64,000 nt of DNA from Myxococcota bacterium. GTDB lineage: Bacteria; Myxococcota_A; UBA796; CAJQPC01. Position 1 is the stretch's first letter, and each line of letters begins with the position of its first letter. The stretch is from NCBI GenBank assembly GCA_036012755.1, contig DASCPX010000129.1:253027-317026 (forward strand). Direction: 5' to 3'. The position numbers and the translations under genes are program-made. Positions 18,042-27,590 of this stretch are shown here, piece after piece. The notes beneath the pieces are model-generated. The model was not told the origin of the DNA. It saw only the letters and a list, made by a program, of their open reading frames with translations, and did not search any database.

Positions 18042-20167
18042 GGCCCTGGCTGCTCGCGCTGGGGGTCTACGCCCTGGGCTCGGTCGTGTTCACCCTGCCC
18101 ATGCCGCTGGAGCTCGACAGCTCGATCTGGGGGGACCGCTTCGACGCCTGGACGACGATCTGGCTCATCTGGCACCTCGCGGACGGCATCCTCAGCGGAC
18201 AGCTGCAGGAGGTCACGGAGCTCATCTTCTACCCAGTGGGCTACAACCTCTGGAGCTTCGGCCACATGGGCATCCAGCTCCTGGGCATTCCGCTGATCGC
18301 CCTCGGCGTTGGGCTGACCGCGACCTACAACCTGCTGTTGTTGGGCGCCTTCACGGCGAGCGGGCTCTGCGGGCACGCCCTCGGTCACCGGCTCAGCGGC
18401 TCCCACTGGGGAGGCTTCCTCGCCGGCGCGATCTTCGCCTGGAATCCATACACCTACGGCGAGATGAGCGCGGGCTGTGTCGAGCTCGTCGGCGCCTGGT
18501 TCATCCCGCTCTATGCCCTGATGCTCATCCGGGTCTGCGACAAGCCGACATGGCAAAGGGCGGCCTGGGCCGCGGTCGTGCTGGCCTGCGTCGGGCCCTT
18601 CAACTGGTACTACACGGCCTTTCTCGGGATGTTCACCGGGGTCTTCCTCGCCTGGCGGGTCCTCGCCGGCGGTCGGAATCGGAACAAGGCCGTGGCCTGG
18701 ATCGTCGTGGCGGCGCTGGTGGCCGGGGTCTCGAACGTCCCGCTGATCTCCAAGGCTCGGCGGGAGACCCCCTCGCGATCCCTGATCACGGCCGAGACCT
18801 TCAGCCCCGAGAACTGGGCGGAGGCCAACCGGATCGCGAACGGCAGCGTGCCGCTCGAGGACCTCGACGTCGAACTCCTCGAGCTGAACGACGCGATGCA
18901 GGTGGCGATCAACTCGACCTCGCTCGTGAACTTGACGAAGGCGGCTTTTCCTCCGAACCCGCTGGAGTCGACACCTGGCCGGATGGCCTACGCCTTTGGG
19001 CTCTTCGGGCTGGTGATGGCTGGTCGCCGAGGTCGTCCCTGGGCGCTCATGGCCCTTGGCTTCAGCGTGCTGACGCTCGGGCCCTACCTGCAGATCGACG
19101 CCACCCCCCCGATCCCGGACTGGTCACTGGCCTCGCCGCTGCCCTACTACGGCCTCTACAACGAAGTGCCCTTCTTCGCGAAGGCATACCGTCCCTACCG
19201 GATCGGCGTCATCGTGCTGCTCTGTCTGTCGGCCCTGGCCGCCACGGGTCTCGCGCGGATGCGCTGGCGCTGGCGCTTCGCGGTGCCCGTGGCGGCTGTC
19301 CTGTTGTGCTGCACCCAGCCCCACTGGAGCGGTGTGTCGGCGCGGGAGATGAGCGACGCGGAGATCCCCGTCGTCTACGAGCAGGTGGCGGAGCTGGAGC
19401 CCGGAGCCATCATCGAGCTGCCGCTGCACTACCAGCCCGTGACCCCCGCCAACGCGCGCTTCCAGTACTACCAGGTGGTCCATGGCAAGCCGCTGTTGAA
19501 TTGCAACCAGCTCATCCGGCGAACCGACCTGGCCCGCTTCCAGGAGTACGTGGCGGCCAACTCCTTCGTCGAGACCGTGCTCGATCTCGGACGCAAGGAG
19601 GGACCCTATTCGTGGCTCGGCGAGGACCTCGAGAGCCTCCATGAGCAAGGATTCCGCTACGTCATCGCCCACACGAGCGTCGAGCGTGACTCGGTCCACC
19701 TCGGCGGCTTCAACGCGGACGCGGATCGGCTGAAGCAGCCGGCGTGGGACATGCTCCGGGAGACCTTCGGCGAGCCTCTGCTGGTCGGCGAGGACGGCAC
19801 CTGGGTCTACGCCGTGCCCTCGCAGATCGAGCCTGGCGAGCACCGCTGGGAGGCGACGTGGGAGGACGTCCCGGTGGAGTGGGCGGAGCTCGACCTGCCG
19901 GTGACGCTGGCTGGTGACGGGCTGCTCCTGGAGCTCGGAGGACCGGCGGAGCGCTTGTCCTTCTGGGTGCTGGCAGAGGGTGAGTTCGTCGTCGAAGCTG
20001 GCGAGCCCATTCCGGTCGTCACGCGCGAGGGGGCCTGGACCTGGGTCGAGGTCGAGCTGGGCGGCGCCTCCTCGGTCATGCTCTCGCCGCGGAGCGAGGA
20101 GCTCGTCTTGCGCCTGGACGCGGTGCAGGTGCTGCCCTCGGCAGATTCAGCGGTGGCGTCCCGATGA
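18038..20167 (+). CDS. GT-C-fold-like polytopic membrane glycosyltransferase (YfhO-like)
   Basis: GTGA overlap start; many TM segments; acidic first loop (WGDRFD); IFYPVG; C-terminal GAIIELP...YYQVVHGKPL. Confidence 0.65.
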   Translation: MRPWLLALGVYALGSVVFTLPMPLELDSSIWGDRFDAWTTIWLIWHLADGILSGQLQEVTELIFYPVGYNLWSFGHMGIQLLGIPLIALGVGLTATYNLLLLGAFTASGLCGHALGHRLSGSHWGGFLAGAIFAWNPYTYGEMSAGCVELVGAWFIPLYALMLIRVCDKPTWQRAAWAAVVLACVGPFNWYYTAFLGMFTGVFLAWRVLAGGRNRNKAVAWIVVAALVAGVSNVPLISKARRETPSRSLITAETFSPENWAEANRIANGSVPLEDLDVELLELNDAMQVAINSTSLVNLTKAAFPPNPLESTPGRMAYAFGLFGLVMAGRRGRPWALMALGFSVLTLGPYLQIDATPPIPDWSLASPLPYYGLYNEVPFFAKAYRPYRIGVIVLLCLSALAATGLARMRWRWRFAVPVAAVLLCCTQPHWSGVSAREMSDAEIPVVYEQVAELEPGAIIELPLHYQPVTPANARFQYYQVVHGKPLLNCNQLIRRTDLARFQEYVAANSFVETVLDLGRKEGPYSWLGEDLESLHEQGFRYVIAHTSVERDSVHLGGFNADADRLKQPAWDMLRETFGEPLLVGEDGTWVYAVPSQIEPGEHRWEATWEDVPVEWAELDLPVTLAGDGLLLELGGPAERLSFWVLAEGEFVVEAGEPIPVVTREGAWTWVEVELGGASSVMLSPRSEELVLRLDAVQVLPSADSAVASR

Positions 20168-20874
20168 CCCGTCGCGAGCAGGTGTCGCTGATCGCGCTGG
20201 CGCTCACGCTGTCGTGGTTCGCCTACCCGGCGAAGCAGGTCTCGGCGGAGTTCTCCGAGCAGCGGGCGGAGGCCCTGCGCGGGACCACCGTCGAGGACCT
20301 CGTCCGGGCGGTCCTCGTCGCCCCGATCGGGCAGCTGCCACCTGGTCCAGAAGGACATCGAGCTGGTGAGATGCTGGAGGAGGCGATGTCACTCTACGAG
20401 CTGCAGGCTGGATGGAGCGAGCGGGCGCTCGTGGGTCTGGGCGAGGACAACCTCGCGGTGGTCGCGGAGCAGCGCTCGTCTGCCGGGGAGCGGTCGCGCT
20501 CCCACCCACACACGCCGCCGGAGATGTTGCGCATCGTCGAGCTCCTCGTGCAGGAGCATGGTCCCTCGGCGGTGCCCGTACCCGGGTTGCCGGAGGAGTC
20601 GCCTTTTCCCAGCCTGCCTCCGCAGGAGCTGGGCTCGGGCTTGCTGGCCCTGGCTGAGAGCGGCTCGATGTCAGAGGACGAGGCACACGGGGTTCTCTCC
20701 GCCACCCTGGCCGGAATCGGGGCTCACGAGCGGGCCCCGGTCCTGGTCGAGGAGCTGGAGTTGCTGCTCGGTGACGAGGTGGTCGCGCTGGCGTCATCGG
20801 GACCGCGACCGCGGGACCGGCACGAGCTATCGTCGATGAGCGAGGCTGCGGTGCAGAGGTTGAAGGAGCGCTGA
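20164..20874 (+). CDS. Hypothetical protein with N-terminal TM segment
   Basis: ATGA overlap with upstream gene; typical codon usage. Confidence 0.65.
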   Translation: MTRREQVSLIALALTLSWFAYPAKQVSAEFSEQRAEALRGTTVEDLVRAVLVAPIGQLPPGPEGHRAGEMLEEAMSLYELQAGWSERALVGLGEDNLAVVAEQRSSAGERSRSHPHTPPEMLRIVELLVQEHGPSAVPVPGLPEESPFPSLPPQELGSGLLALAESGSMSEDEAHGVLSATLAGIGAHERAPVLVEELELLLGDEVVALASSGPRPRDRHELSSMSEAAVQRLKER

Positions 20875-21749
20875 TGGATCGGGGAAAGCCCTTCGTTGTT
20901 GCCCTCCTCGTCTGTGGGCTGGTCGGAGTCGTCGTGGCCGGGCTCATCTTCTCGTTCTTTCCCAGCGACTGGACGAAGAGGGCGCCGGAGTCGGCGGAGT
21001 GAGCTGTCGTCCTGGACTTCGCCGACGGGCTGCGACGGGACGAGACCGAGATCCGGAAGGCATACGAGCAGGCCTGTGTGGACGGTTGGGACCCCGCGTG
21101 CTCCTACGAGGACTTCCAGGGTGATCTCCTCGTCGCGGAGGCCGAGCTGGCCGATCGCTGCGACGGGGACGAGGCGCCGTCCTGCCTGGTGCTGGGCTGG
21201 GCGCGCACACAGCTGACGGAGGAGGGCGGTCCCCCGCCGGAGACCGACGACTTCACCTGGGCCGGCATGAACGAAACCGCTCGCACGCTCTACGTGGAGC
21301 GCGAGTGGCGGGGAGCGGACGCCTTCGACACGGCCTGCAAGTCCGGCAACGCGAGGGCCTGCGCGGAGCTTGGCCGCTGCGTTGGGTGGGGAGTCGGTCG
21401 AAAGCACTCCCCAGAGGACGCGAGGACGCTGTTCGAGCTGTCCTGCGCGATGGGGGCCCCTGAGGGCTGCAACTGGGCGGGCGATGCCTCGATGCGGCTG
21501 GGCGGCGACACCGTCGGTTGGTTCGAGAAGGCCTGTGACATGGGCCTCGAGGACGGCTGCCGCAACCTCTCGATCCGAGACGGTTCTACAGAGGAGGAGC
21601 GAGAGACCATCTACCTCCGAGGCTGCGAGACCGACGCCCGCAGCTGCCACTTCCTCGGCCAGCACTACCTCGATCTCGACCAACAGGACCTGGCAGTGGA
21701 GTACTTCGCGCTCGCCTGCGAGGCCGGGATCTCCGGCTCCTGCCAGTAA
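20874..21749 (+). pseudogene. Sel1-like repeat protein interrupted by an in-frame TGA at 21000-21002
   Basis: ATG 20874 (TGATG coupling) gives a TM anchor; the same frame continues into ACKSGNARAC and FEKACDMGLEDGC repeats. Confidence 0.65.
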
Positions 21750-21751
21750 CA

Positions 21752-21780
21752 GACGGGGTCAGACCCCCCCCTGTCCCGTC
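21752..21780. terminator. Hairpin between convergent genes
   Basis: GGGGTCAGACCCC (21755-21767), with alternative GACGGG/CCCGTC pairing. Confidence 0.45.
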
Positions 21781-23434
21781 ACTGACCCAATGAGAAGAGG
21801 ACTTGGTCGCCCACCACCCGGCCCGGGCCGCAGATCAGCTCGAGCTCCGCGAGGACCTTGTCGCGTGTGTGGGGTGGGTAGGCGCGCAGGTGCACCACGA
21901 TGGCGGAGAAGCCGGCGTCGACCAGGCGCTGGCGGCCCAGGATCAAGTCCAGGGTGGGCCGGGTCGGCGGCAGCGAGGCGACCCCGCTCCGCTCCAGGTC
22001 GATGAGGCTGCGGGTCAGGGGGTTGTCGTCCAGCCACTGGGGGGTCGGGTCGTTGAGTCCGTATGGAATCGGCCGTCGATGAGAGACCTGGTAGAGGTTG
22101 TAGCGGCTACGGTCCAGGACCTGGAGCGACACGGGCAGATCCAGCACGGCGCCGTCTGTCGAGATCTGTGAGTACACAGCTGGGACCGCGACCTCGGATG
22201 TCGCCACGGGCCAGGTGGCGGGTGAGAACAACAGCACCTCGACGAGGAAGGCCGGGATCAGGAGCCAGCCCCATCGGCCACGAATCCACAGAGCCGCACA
22301 GACTCCGAGGGCCAGCTGCATCGGGATGGCGAATCGGTAGGCGTGCGAGATCGGTGAGAAGAGAGGGATCACCTCGAAGAAAGCGAGGAAGGGGAGGGGC
22401 ACCCAGGTGCCGCCCGGGAGCTGCCAGTAGCCGCCTCCCAGGTACAGGAAGGGGCCCAGCGCGAAGACGAATGACACCAGGGCCAAGACCGCCCACCACC
22501 GCGCGCGACGCACCCGCCATGCCCCGAAGAGGGCTGGAACCAACAGGATCCAGCCGACGTAGACGACGACCTGGAGGTGCTCGTCGAAGAGCTCGAACAG
22601 GTCCGGGCTGTGGAAGTCACCGGGGTGGAAGAAGGCGAGCAGGTCCACCATGTTGTGACCGACCAGCGAGGCGTAGACGAACTCCGGGTCGCGACTGACC
22701 AGCGCCTCCGGAGACGAGAGCGTCCCGCTGAAGACCCACAACAACGGAAGGAGCGGGAGGCCGCCGAGGACCACCCAGCCGAGCTGACGGAGGACCAGCC
22801 GACCACGAGCCCGTGGGAGGAGCGTCCAGACCCCCGCTGCCGCCCAGATCAAGCCCAGGAACAGGCCGTAGTAGAAGTTCGCGAAGCCGCAGACGGCCAC
22901 GAGTCCTCCGGCGATGAGCCCGTTGTTGCGCCCGGGCTCGCGCCAGAAGCGCACCAGGCCCCAGAGACCCAGCGGCAGCCATCCCACGCTCAGGGTCTCG
23001 GAGATGCCGTTGTGGAGCTGACCGAGCAGCTGGGGCACGGCCGCGTATGTGACTCCGGCGAAGGCCGAGCCCGCCTCCGAGCTCCCCAGTCTCCTCGCCA
23101 GAAGCCAGGCGGCGAAGCCGGCCAGCACCAGGTTCGCCCACATCGCGAGGTCGTAGGCCACGACCGGGCCGGCCAGGAGCTGGATTGGCAGCGTCCACAA
23201 GGCCCCGAAGAGATCGATGAACCACAGCGCGCCCCCCTGGGGCCACCCGATGTTGTCCGTCCACAGCGGCGACTCCCCAGAGAGCAGCGCGTCCCGGACC
23301 TGCCAGAAGCCCCAGACGTGGTTGTAGGTGTCGGCCTGTGGGTGGCCGAGTGCCTCGCCGGAGAGCGCCGGGAACACCAGGAGCGTCGCGAGCACCGCGA
23401 AGCCGAAAACTGCGAGGGCGTGCGGGCAGCGCAT
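21779..23434 (-). CDS. GT-C-fold-like polytopic membrane glycosyltransferase (paralog of 18038..20167)
   Basis: ADTYNHVWGFW, GWPQGG, ALGPFL, GAVLDLP...LYQVSHRRPI. Confidence 0.65.
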   Translation of the reverse strand: MRCPHALAVFGFAVLATLLVFPALSGEALGHPQADTYNHVWGFWQVRDALLSGESPLWTDNIGWPQGGALWFIDLFGALWTLPIQLLAGPVVAYDLAMWANLVLAGFAAWLLARRLGSSEAGSAFAGVTYAAVPQLLGQLHNGISETLSVGWLPLGLWGLVRFWREPGRNNGLIAGGLVAVCGFANFYYGLFLGLIWAAAGVWTLLPRARGRLVLRQLGWVVLGGLPLLPLLWVFSGTLSSPEALVSRDPEFVYASLVGHNMVDLLAFFHPGDFHSPDLFELFDEHLQVVVYVGWILLVPALFGAWRVRRARWWAVLALVSFVFALGPFLYLGGGYWQLPGGTWVPLPFLAFFEVIPLFSPISHAYRFAIPMQLALGVCAALWIRGRWGWLLIPAFLVEVLLFSPATWPVATSEVAVPAVYSQISTDGAVLDLPVSLQVLDRSRYNLYQVSHRRPIPYGLNDPTPQWLDDNPLTRSLIDLERSGVASLPPTRPTLDLILGRQRLVDAGFSAIVVHLRAYPPHTRDKVLAELELICGPGRVVGDQVLFSLGQ

Positions 23435-23478
23435 GCGTTGCCGCCCGAGTATATGTGAGCCGTCCTCGGAGGCTCCGA

Positions 23479-24303
23479 ATGCTGCTGCTCCTCTTCATGG
23501 CTTGTCCGCCGCCCTCCGATGCCGATCCGGACGACTCCACGGTCGTGACGGACGACTCCACGGGCGAGACAGACGACAGCACCGACTACGTGGCCTGCGA
23601 CCCCAAGACCGACAGCGTGTCCACCGTCGGGATCTTCGGCGTCGTGCTCACGGATGAGGGAGACCCCGTCCAGTGCCTCCGGGCCCAGTTCTGCAACAGC
23701 GCCTGCACGGTCGGCGACAACAACGCCGACGGCGAGTACAGCGTCGTCTCGGACGAGGCCGGGACCGGCGCCTTCGAGATCTTCCCGCTGACGGACGACT
23801 ACTCGGAGTACTTCGTCGCCCACACCTTCTGGGACAACGCGCCTGGGACCGACACGAACCTCGACATCGTGCTCCAGAAGGTCGACGGCGGGTGGAAGGA
23901 GATGCCGGCTTCGGCCACCCCGACGGAGATGGGCGAGGGCCTCACGGTGGCTCTGGGCTCCGACTTGCTCTCGCTGCCATTCGGCACTGACGTCGACACG
24001 GTCGGCGCGGCGGTCATGTCCAGCGGGGAGCGCCTGCCTCTAGCGGACTTCCCCTCCTCCGGTGAGATCGTGCTGGCATACACGCTCTCTCCCTTCGACG
24101 GCCACGCCTCCAGTGGCATGGCCTGGAGCATCGACCACAGCTCGATCGAGGACGGCACCACCTACGAGATCTGGCAGATGGAGCTCGACACGACCGCGGT
24201 CGTCTACGAGTGGGGCAGCCTCGGCACTGCGACCGCGTCGGGCACGACGCTCGAGGGCGACGGCCTCACCTACCTGACCACTCTGATCGTAGTCGAACCC
24301 TGA
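23479..24303 (+). CDS. Hypothetical acidic lipoprotein with Asp/Thr linker and beta-rich domain
   Basis: GGAGG RBS; MLLLLFMAC; DDST repeats. Confidence 0.75.
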   Translation: MLLLLFMACPPPSDADPDDSTVVTDDSTGETDDSTDYVACDPKTDSVSTVGIFGVVLTDEGDPVQCLRAQFCNSACTVGDNNADGEYSVVSDEAGTGAFEIFPLTDDYSEYFVAHTFWDNAPGTDTNLDIVLQKVDGGWKEMPASATPTEMGEGLTVALGSDLLSLPFGTDVDTVGAAVMSSGERLPLADFPSSGEIVLAYTLSPFDGHASSGMAWSIDHSSIEDGTTYEIWQMELDTTAVVYEWGSLGTATASGTTLEGDGLTYLTTLIVVEP

Positions 24304-24312
24304 GCACCGCCC

Positions 24313-25059
24313 GTGCGGCGCATCCTCCTCTGGCTGAACTCCCCCTTCGCGTGGGGCATCTTCCTCTCGGTGTCCCTCGTGAACATCGTCGTGGGTGTCG
24401 TCTGCCAGCTGCTCGCGCTGCCACTGGATCCTCAGCGACGGGTCGCGTTGAAGATCAACCACTGGATCTGGGGGCGCGGTCTCTTCGCCGCCGAGCCGGG
24501 CTGGCCGACCACCTGGGAGGGCCTCGAGAACATCGGCGAGGGCCCCTACGTCATCGTCGCCAACCACAGCTCCGTGCTCGACATCCCGGTCTTGATGGGC
24601 CTGCCGATGCCGATGCGCGTGCTGGCCAAGAAGGAGCTCGTCAGGGCTCCGATCATGGGCTGGTACATCGGTTTCTCTGGCCAGATCCCCATCGACATGA
24701 GCCGCGATGGCGGCGTCGAGGAGGCCTTCATGCGCTGCCGCGAGAGCCTGGAGCAGGGCATCTCCCTCGTCATCTTCCCAGAGGGCACCCGGAGCGAGGA
24801 CTGCCAGCTGGCCAGGTTCCGCACCGGCGCCTTCCGGCTGGCAAAGGACACGGGGGTGCCGGTCCTGCCGGTCAGCATCTTCGGCACCCACAAGCTGATG
24901 AAGAAGGGCACCTTCCTGCCCCAGTCGCTCTACCATCCCATCAGGTGCCGGGTGCTGTCGCCCATCTCGGGCGAGGGTCTCTCCACGGCTCGGAAGCTCA
25001 AGAACCGGGTGCGCGAGGCCATCTCCACAAACCTCGATGAGCTCCGCGCCAATGCGTGA
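24313..25059 (+). CDS. 1-acyl-sn-glycerol-3-phosphate acyltransferase (PlsC family)
   Basis: NHSSVLD (HX4D) and FPEGTRS motifs. Confidence 0.93.
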   Translation: MRRILLWLNSPFAWGIFLSVSLVNIVVGVVCQLLALPLDPQRRVALKINHWIWGRGLFAAEPGWPTTWEGLENIGEGPYVIVANHSSVLDIPVLMGLPMPMRVLAKKELVRAPIMGWYIGFSGQIPIDMSRDGGVEEAFMRCRESLEQGISLVIFPEGTRSEDCQLARFRTGAFRLAKDTGVPVLPVSIFGTHKLMKKGTFLPQSLYHPIRCRVLSPISGEGLSTARKLKNRVREAISTNLDELRANA

Positions 25060-25708
25060 GGCCATCGAGACCGCGAGCGCCCGCTACCTCGTCGCTGGAC
25101 GCTGGGCCCATGGCTTCGCCCGCGGCAAGATGAGCGGAGATCCGGCCTACCGTCGCGTGCTGGAGCTGATCGACTGCGATGAGGGCACTTTTGTCGACAT
25201 CGGCTGCGGCGAAGGCCACCTCCTCGCGCTCGTGCGCGCGCTTCACCCGGGCCTGTCTCTGGTGGGCCTCGACCACGACGCCAGCCGCGTGGAGACCGCC
25301 AGGGTGGTGCTCGGAGAAGAAGCGAGGATCCAGCTGCATCTCGGCGACGTTCGCGACTTCGAGCTACCAGAGGCCCAGCTGATCGCTTGCCTCGACGTGC
25401 TCCACTACATGACTCCCGAGGAGCAGGACACGCTCCTGTCCCGCTTTGCTGTGGCCCTGGCCGCCGGTGGCGTGCTCCTCATCCGGGACGGACGCAGCGA
25501 AGCGGGCTTCGCGAGCACCATCACCCGCTGGTCCGAACAGCTGGCGGTGGCCTTCGGACGGCACAAGGGCGACGGCGTGTTCTTCCGTCCGGCCGAGGAC
25601 ACCCGAGCCACCCTCGAGGCTGCGGGCCTGCGGGTCGAGCTCTCCGACTGCAGCGAGGGCACCCCCTTCGCCAACATGCTCTGGGTCGGCCGCAAGGAGG
25701 GCTCGTGA
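25052..25708 (+). CDS. Class I SAM-dependent methyltransferase
   Basis: VDIGCGEG, GLDHD, DVLHY; alternative start at 25037. Confidence 0.9.
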   Translation: MREAIETASARYLVAGRWAHGFARGKMSGDPAYRRVLELIDCDEGTFVDIGCGEGHLLALVRALHPGLSLVGLDHDASRVETARVVLGEEARIQLHLGDVRDFELPEAQLIACLDVLHYMTPEEQDTLLSRFAVALAAGGVLLIRDGRSEAGFASTITRWSEQLAVAFGRHKGDGVFFRPAEDTRATLEAAGLRVELSDCSEGTPFANMLWVGRKEGS

Positions 25709-26793
25709 TCGCCGTCACGGGTCTCGGCGCGGTCAGCCCCCTCGGGCGGGACCCGGAGACCCTGTTCGCCCGACTCTGCGCCGGGCAGAGCGCTCTGTCG
25801 ATCGTCCAGGGCTTTCCGGCGAAGGGGCCCGTGGCGGCCCTGGGGCGTCGGGTCACCAGCAGCGAGCTAGCCCTCGAGGTGGCGCGCCAGGCCATGCCCG
25901 ACCACCGCGGCGGCGAGCTCGCGGTCGTCGGGGCGAGCACCAGCGGGGACATGTCCGTCGGAGAGAAGGCCTTCGCCACGCGCCTTCGCGGCGAGGTCCT
26001 CGAGGACCCGAGCAACCTCTTCTTCCGCCAGCTCTGCCACGCCCCGACCCGCGCCGTCGCAGAGGCCCTCGGAGCGTCGATCAGCTTCACGCTGTCGACG
26101 GCCTGCACCAGCGGCCTGTGTGCGATCGGGGCCGCCGCCGACCTCGTCCACTCCGGTTTGGTCCCGATGGCCCTGGCTGTGGGCGCTGATGCCCTCTGCG
26201 ACATCACGCTCGCCGGCTTCGGCACCCTGGGTGTCTACGCTCCAGAGCCCTGCAGGCCCTTCGATCGCGAGCGCCAGGGCATGAACATCGGCGAAGGCGC
26301 CGGCGCGCTGTTGCTCGAGGACCTCGACCACGCCCTGGCCCGAAACGCTCCCATCCTGGCCCTCCTCGGCCGCTACAGCGACACCTCGGACGCCCACCAC
26401 CTCTCTGCTCCCCACCCCGAAGGCGAGGGCGCCATCCGGGCGATCCGCGAGGTCCTCGACTGCCCCGTTCAGTACGTGAACGCCCACGCCACCGCGACCC
26501 GACTCAACGACGAGATGGAGGCCCTCGCCCTGGCGGCGACCCTGCCAGAGGCCGCGATCAGCGGCAGCAAGGGCGCCATCGGTCACACCCTGGGCGCCGC
26601 CGGCGTGCTCGAGGCGGTCGTGGCCATCGGAGCCCTGCGTCACCAGCGGCTCCCACCGACCGTGGGTTGCACGGACCCCGAGCCGGAGCTCGACATCGTG
26701 CTGGAGGCGCGCGAGGCGAAGATCGACGCCGCGCTCACCGTCAACTTCGCCTTCGGTGGCAACAACGCCGCCGCGGTGTTTCGGAGAGCCTGA
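25705..26793 (+). CDS. Beta-ketoacyl-ACP synthase (KS)
   Basis: TGLGAVSPLG, STACTSG (Cys), NAHATAT, GHTLG, NFAFGGNN. Confidence 0.93.
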   Translation: MIAVTGLGAVSPLGRDPETLFARLCAGQSALSIVQGFPAKGPVAALGRRVTSSELALEVARQAMPDHRGGELAVVGASTSGDMSVGEKAFATRLRGEVLEDPSNLFFRQLCHAPTRAVAEALGASISFTLSTACTSGLCAIGAAADLVHSGLVPMALAVGADALCDITLAGFGTLGVYAPEPCRPFDRERQGMNIGEGAGALLLEDLDHALARNAPILALLGRYSDTSDAHHLSAPHPEGEGAIRAIREVLDCPVQYVNAHATATRLNDEMEALALAATLPEAAISGSKGAIGHTLGAAGVLEAVVAIGALRHQRLPPTVGCTDPEPELDIVLEAREAKIDAALTVNFAFGGNNAAAVFRRA

Positions 26794-27590
26794 TGCTCGA
26801 AGCGGTCCTCCTCGATGCAAGGGTCCTGGTGCCTGGCGAAGGCGACCTCGCCGAAGACCTGCTGTCCGGGCGCCGGCGACAGGGGCGCATCGAGCTCCGC
26901 CGCTTGCCCACCATCGCTGGAGGCAGCTGGCGACGCATGAGCCGCCTCTCCCGCATGGTCGCCACGGCTGCCGCCGACCTCGCGGCCGAGGACGTGCCCG
27001 TCGTCTTCGGGACCGCCATCGGCGAGATCGTGCCGACGACACGCTTCCAGGACCGGCTCTACACAGAGGGCCCCGACCGCGCCTCGCCGCTGGCCTTCCA
27101 GAACAGCGTCTACAACGCCCCCGCCGGTCACCTCAGCATCGCGCTCGGCCTCCGCTCCCTCTCCGAGACCGTCGCCGCGGGCGGCGCCACCGGGCTCTCT
27201 GCGCTGCTACGCGGCATGACCTTGTTGCGGCAGCATGACGAGGTCCTCGTCATCGCTGCCGACGACGACAACGAACACATCGCCGCCGCCTGCGCCACCA
27301 ACGGCCTGCCGGCGCCGGGGGAAGCGGTGGCTGCCGTTCGGATCGGCCGCGCGGGCGAGGGCCCCAGGATCCGTCTTGGGGCCGGTGTCGATGGGGACGC
27401 CATCTTGACCCGGCGGACGCGCCTCCCGCGCGAGCAGGCCCTCGCCAGCGCCCCTGGAGCACCGATCGAAGCCTGCCTCGGGATCTGTCTCAGCTCCGGC
27501 CTCGCGGCGCTGTTGGCGCTGCGGCACCGAGGCGGCTGTGTCGTCGATCTCGACGGGAGGAGCGCGCTGTCTGCGAGGATCTGCCTGTGA
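26793..27590 (+). CDS. KS chain-length-factor-like protein (catalytically incomplete)
   Basis: WRRMSRLSR and SPLAFQNSVYNAPAGHLSI; no catalytic Cys/His/His; coupled to the KS. Confidence 0.82.
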   Translation: MLEAVLLDARVLVPGEGDLAEDLLSGRRRQGRIELRRLPTIAGGSWRRMSRLSRMVATAAADLAAEDVPVVFGTAIGEIVPTTRFQDRLYTEGPDRASPLAFQNSVYNAPAGHLSIALGLRSLSETVAAGGATGLSALLRGMTLLRQHDEVLVIAADDDNEHIAAACATNGLPAPGEAVAAVRIGRAGEGPRIRLGAGVDGDAILTRRTRLPREQALASAPGAPIEACLGICLSSGLAALLALRHRGGCVVDLDGRSALSARICL

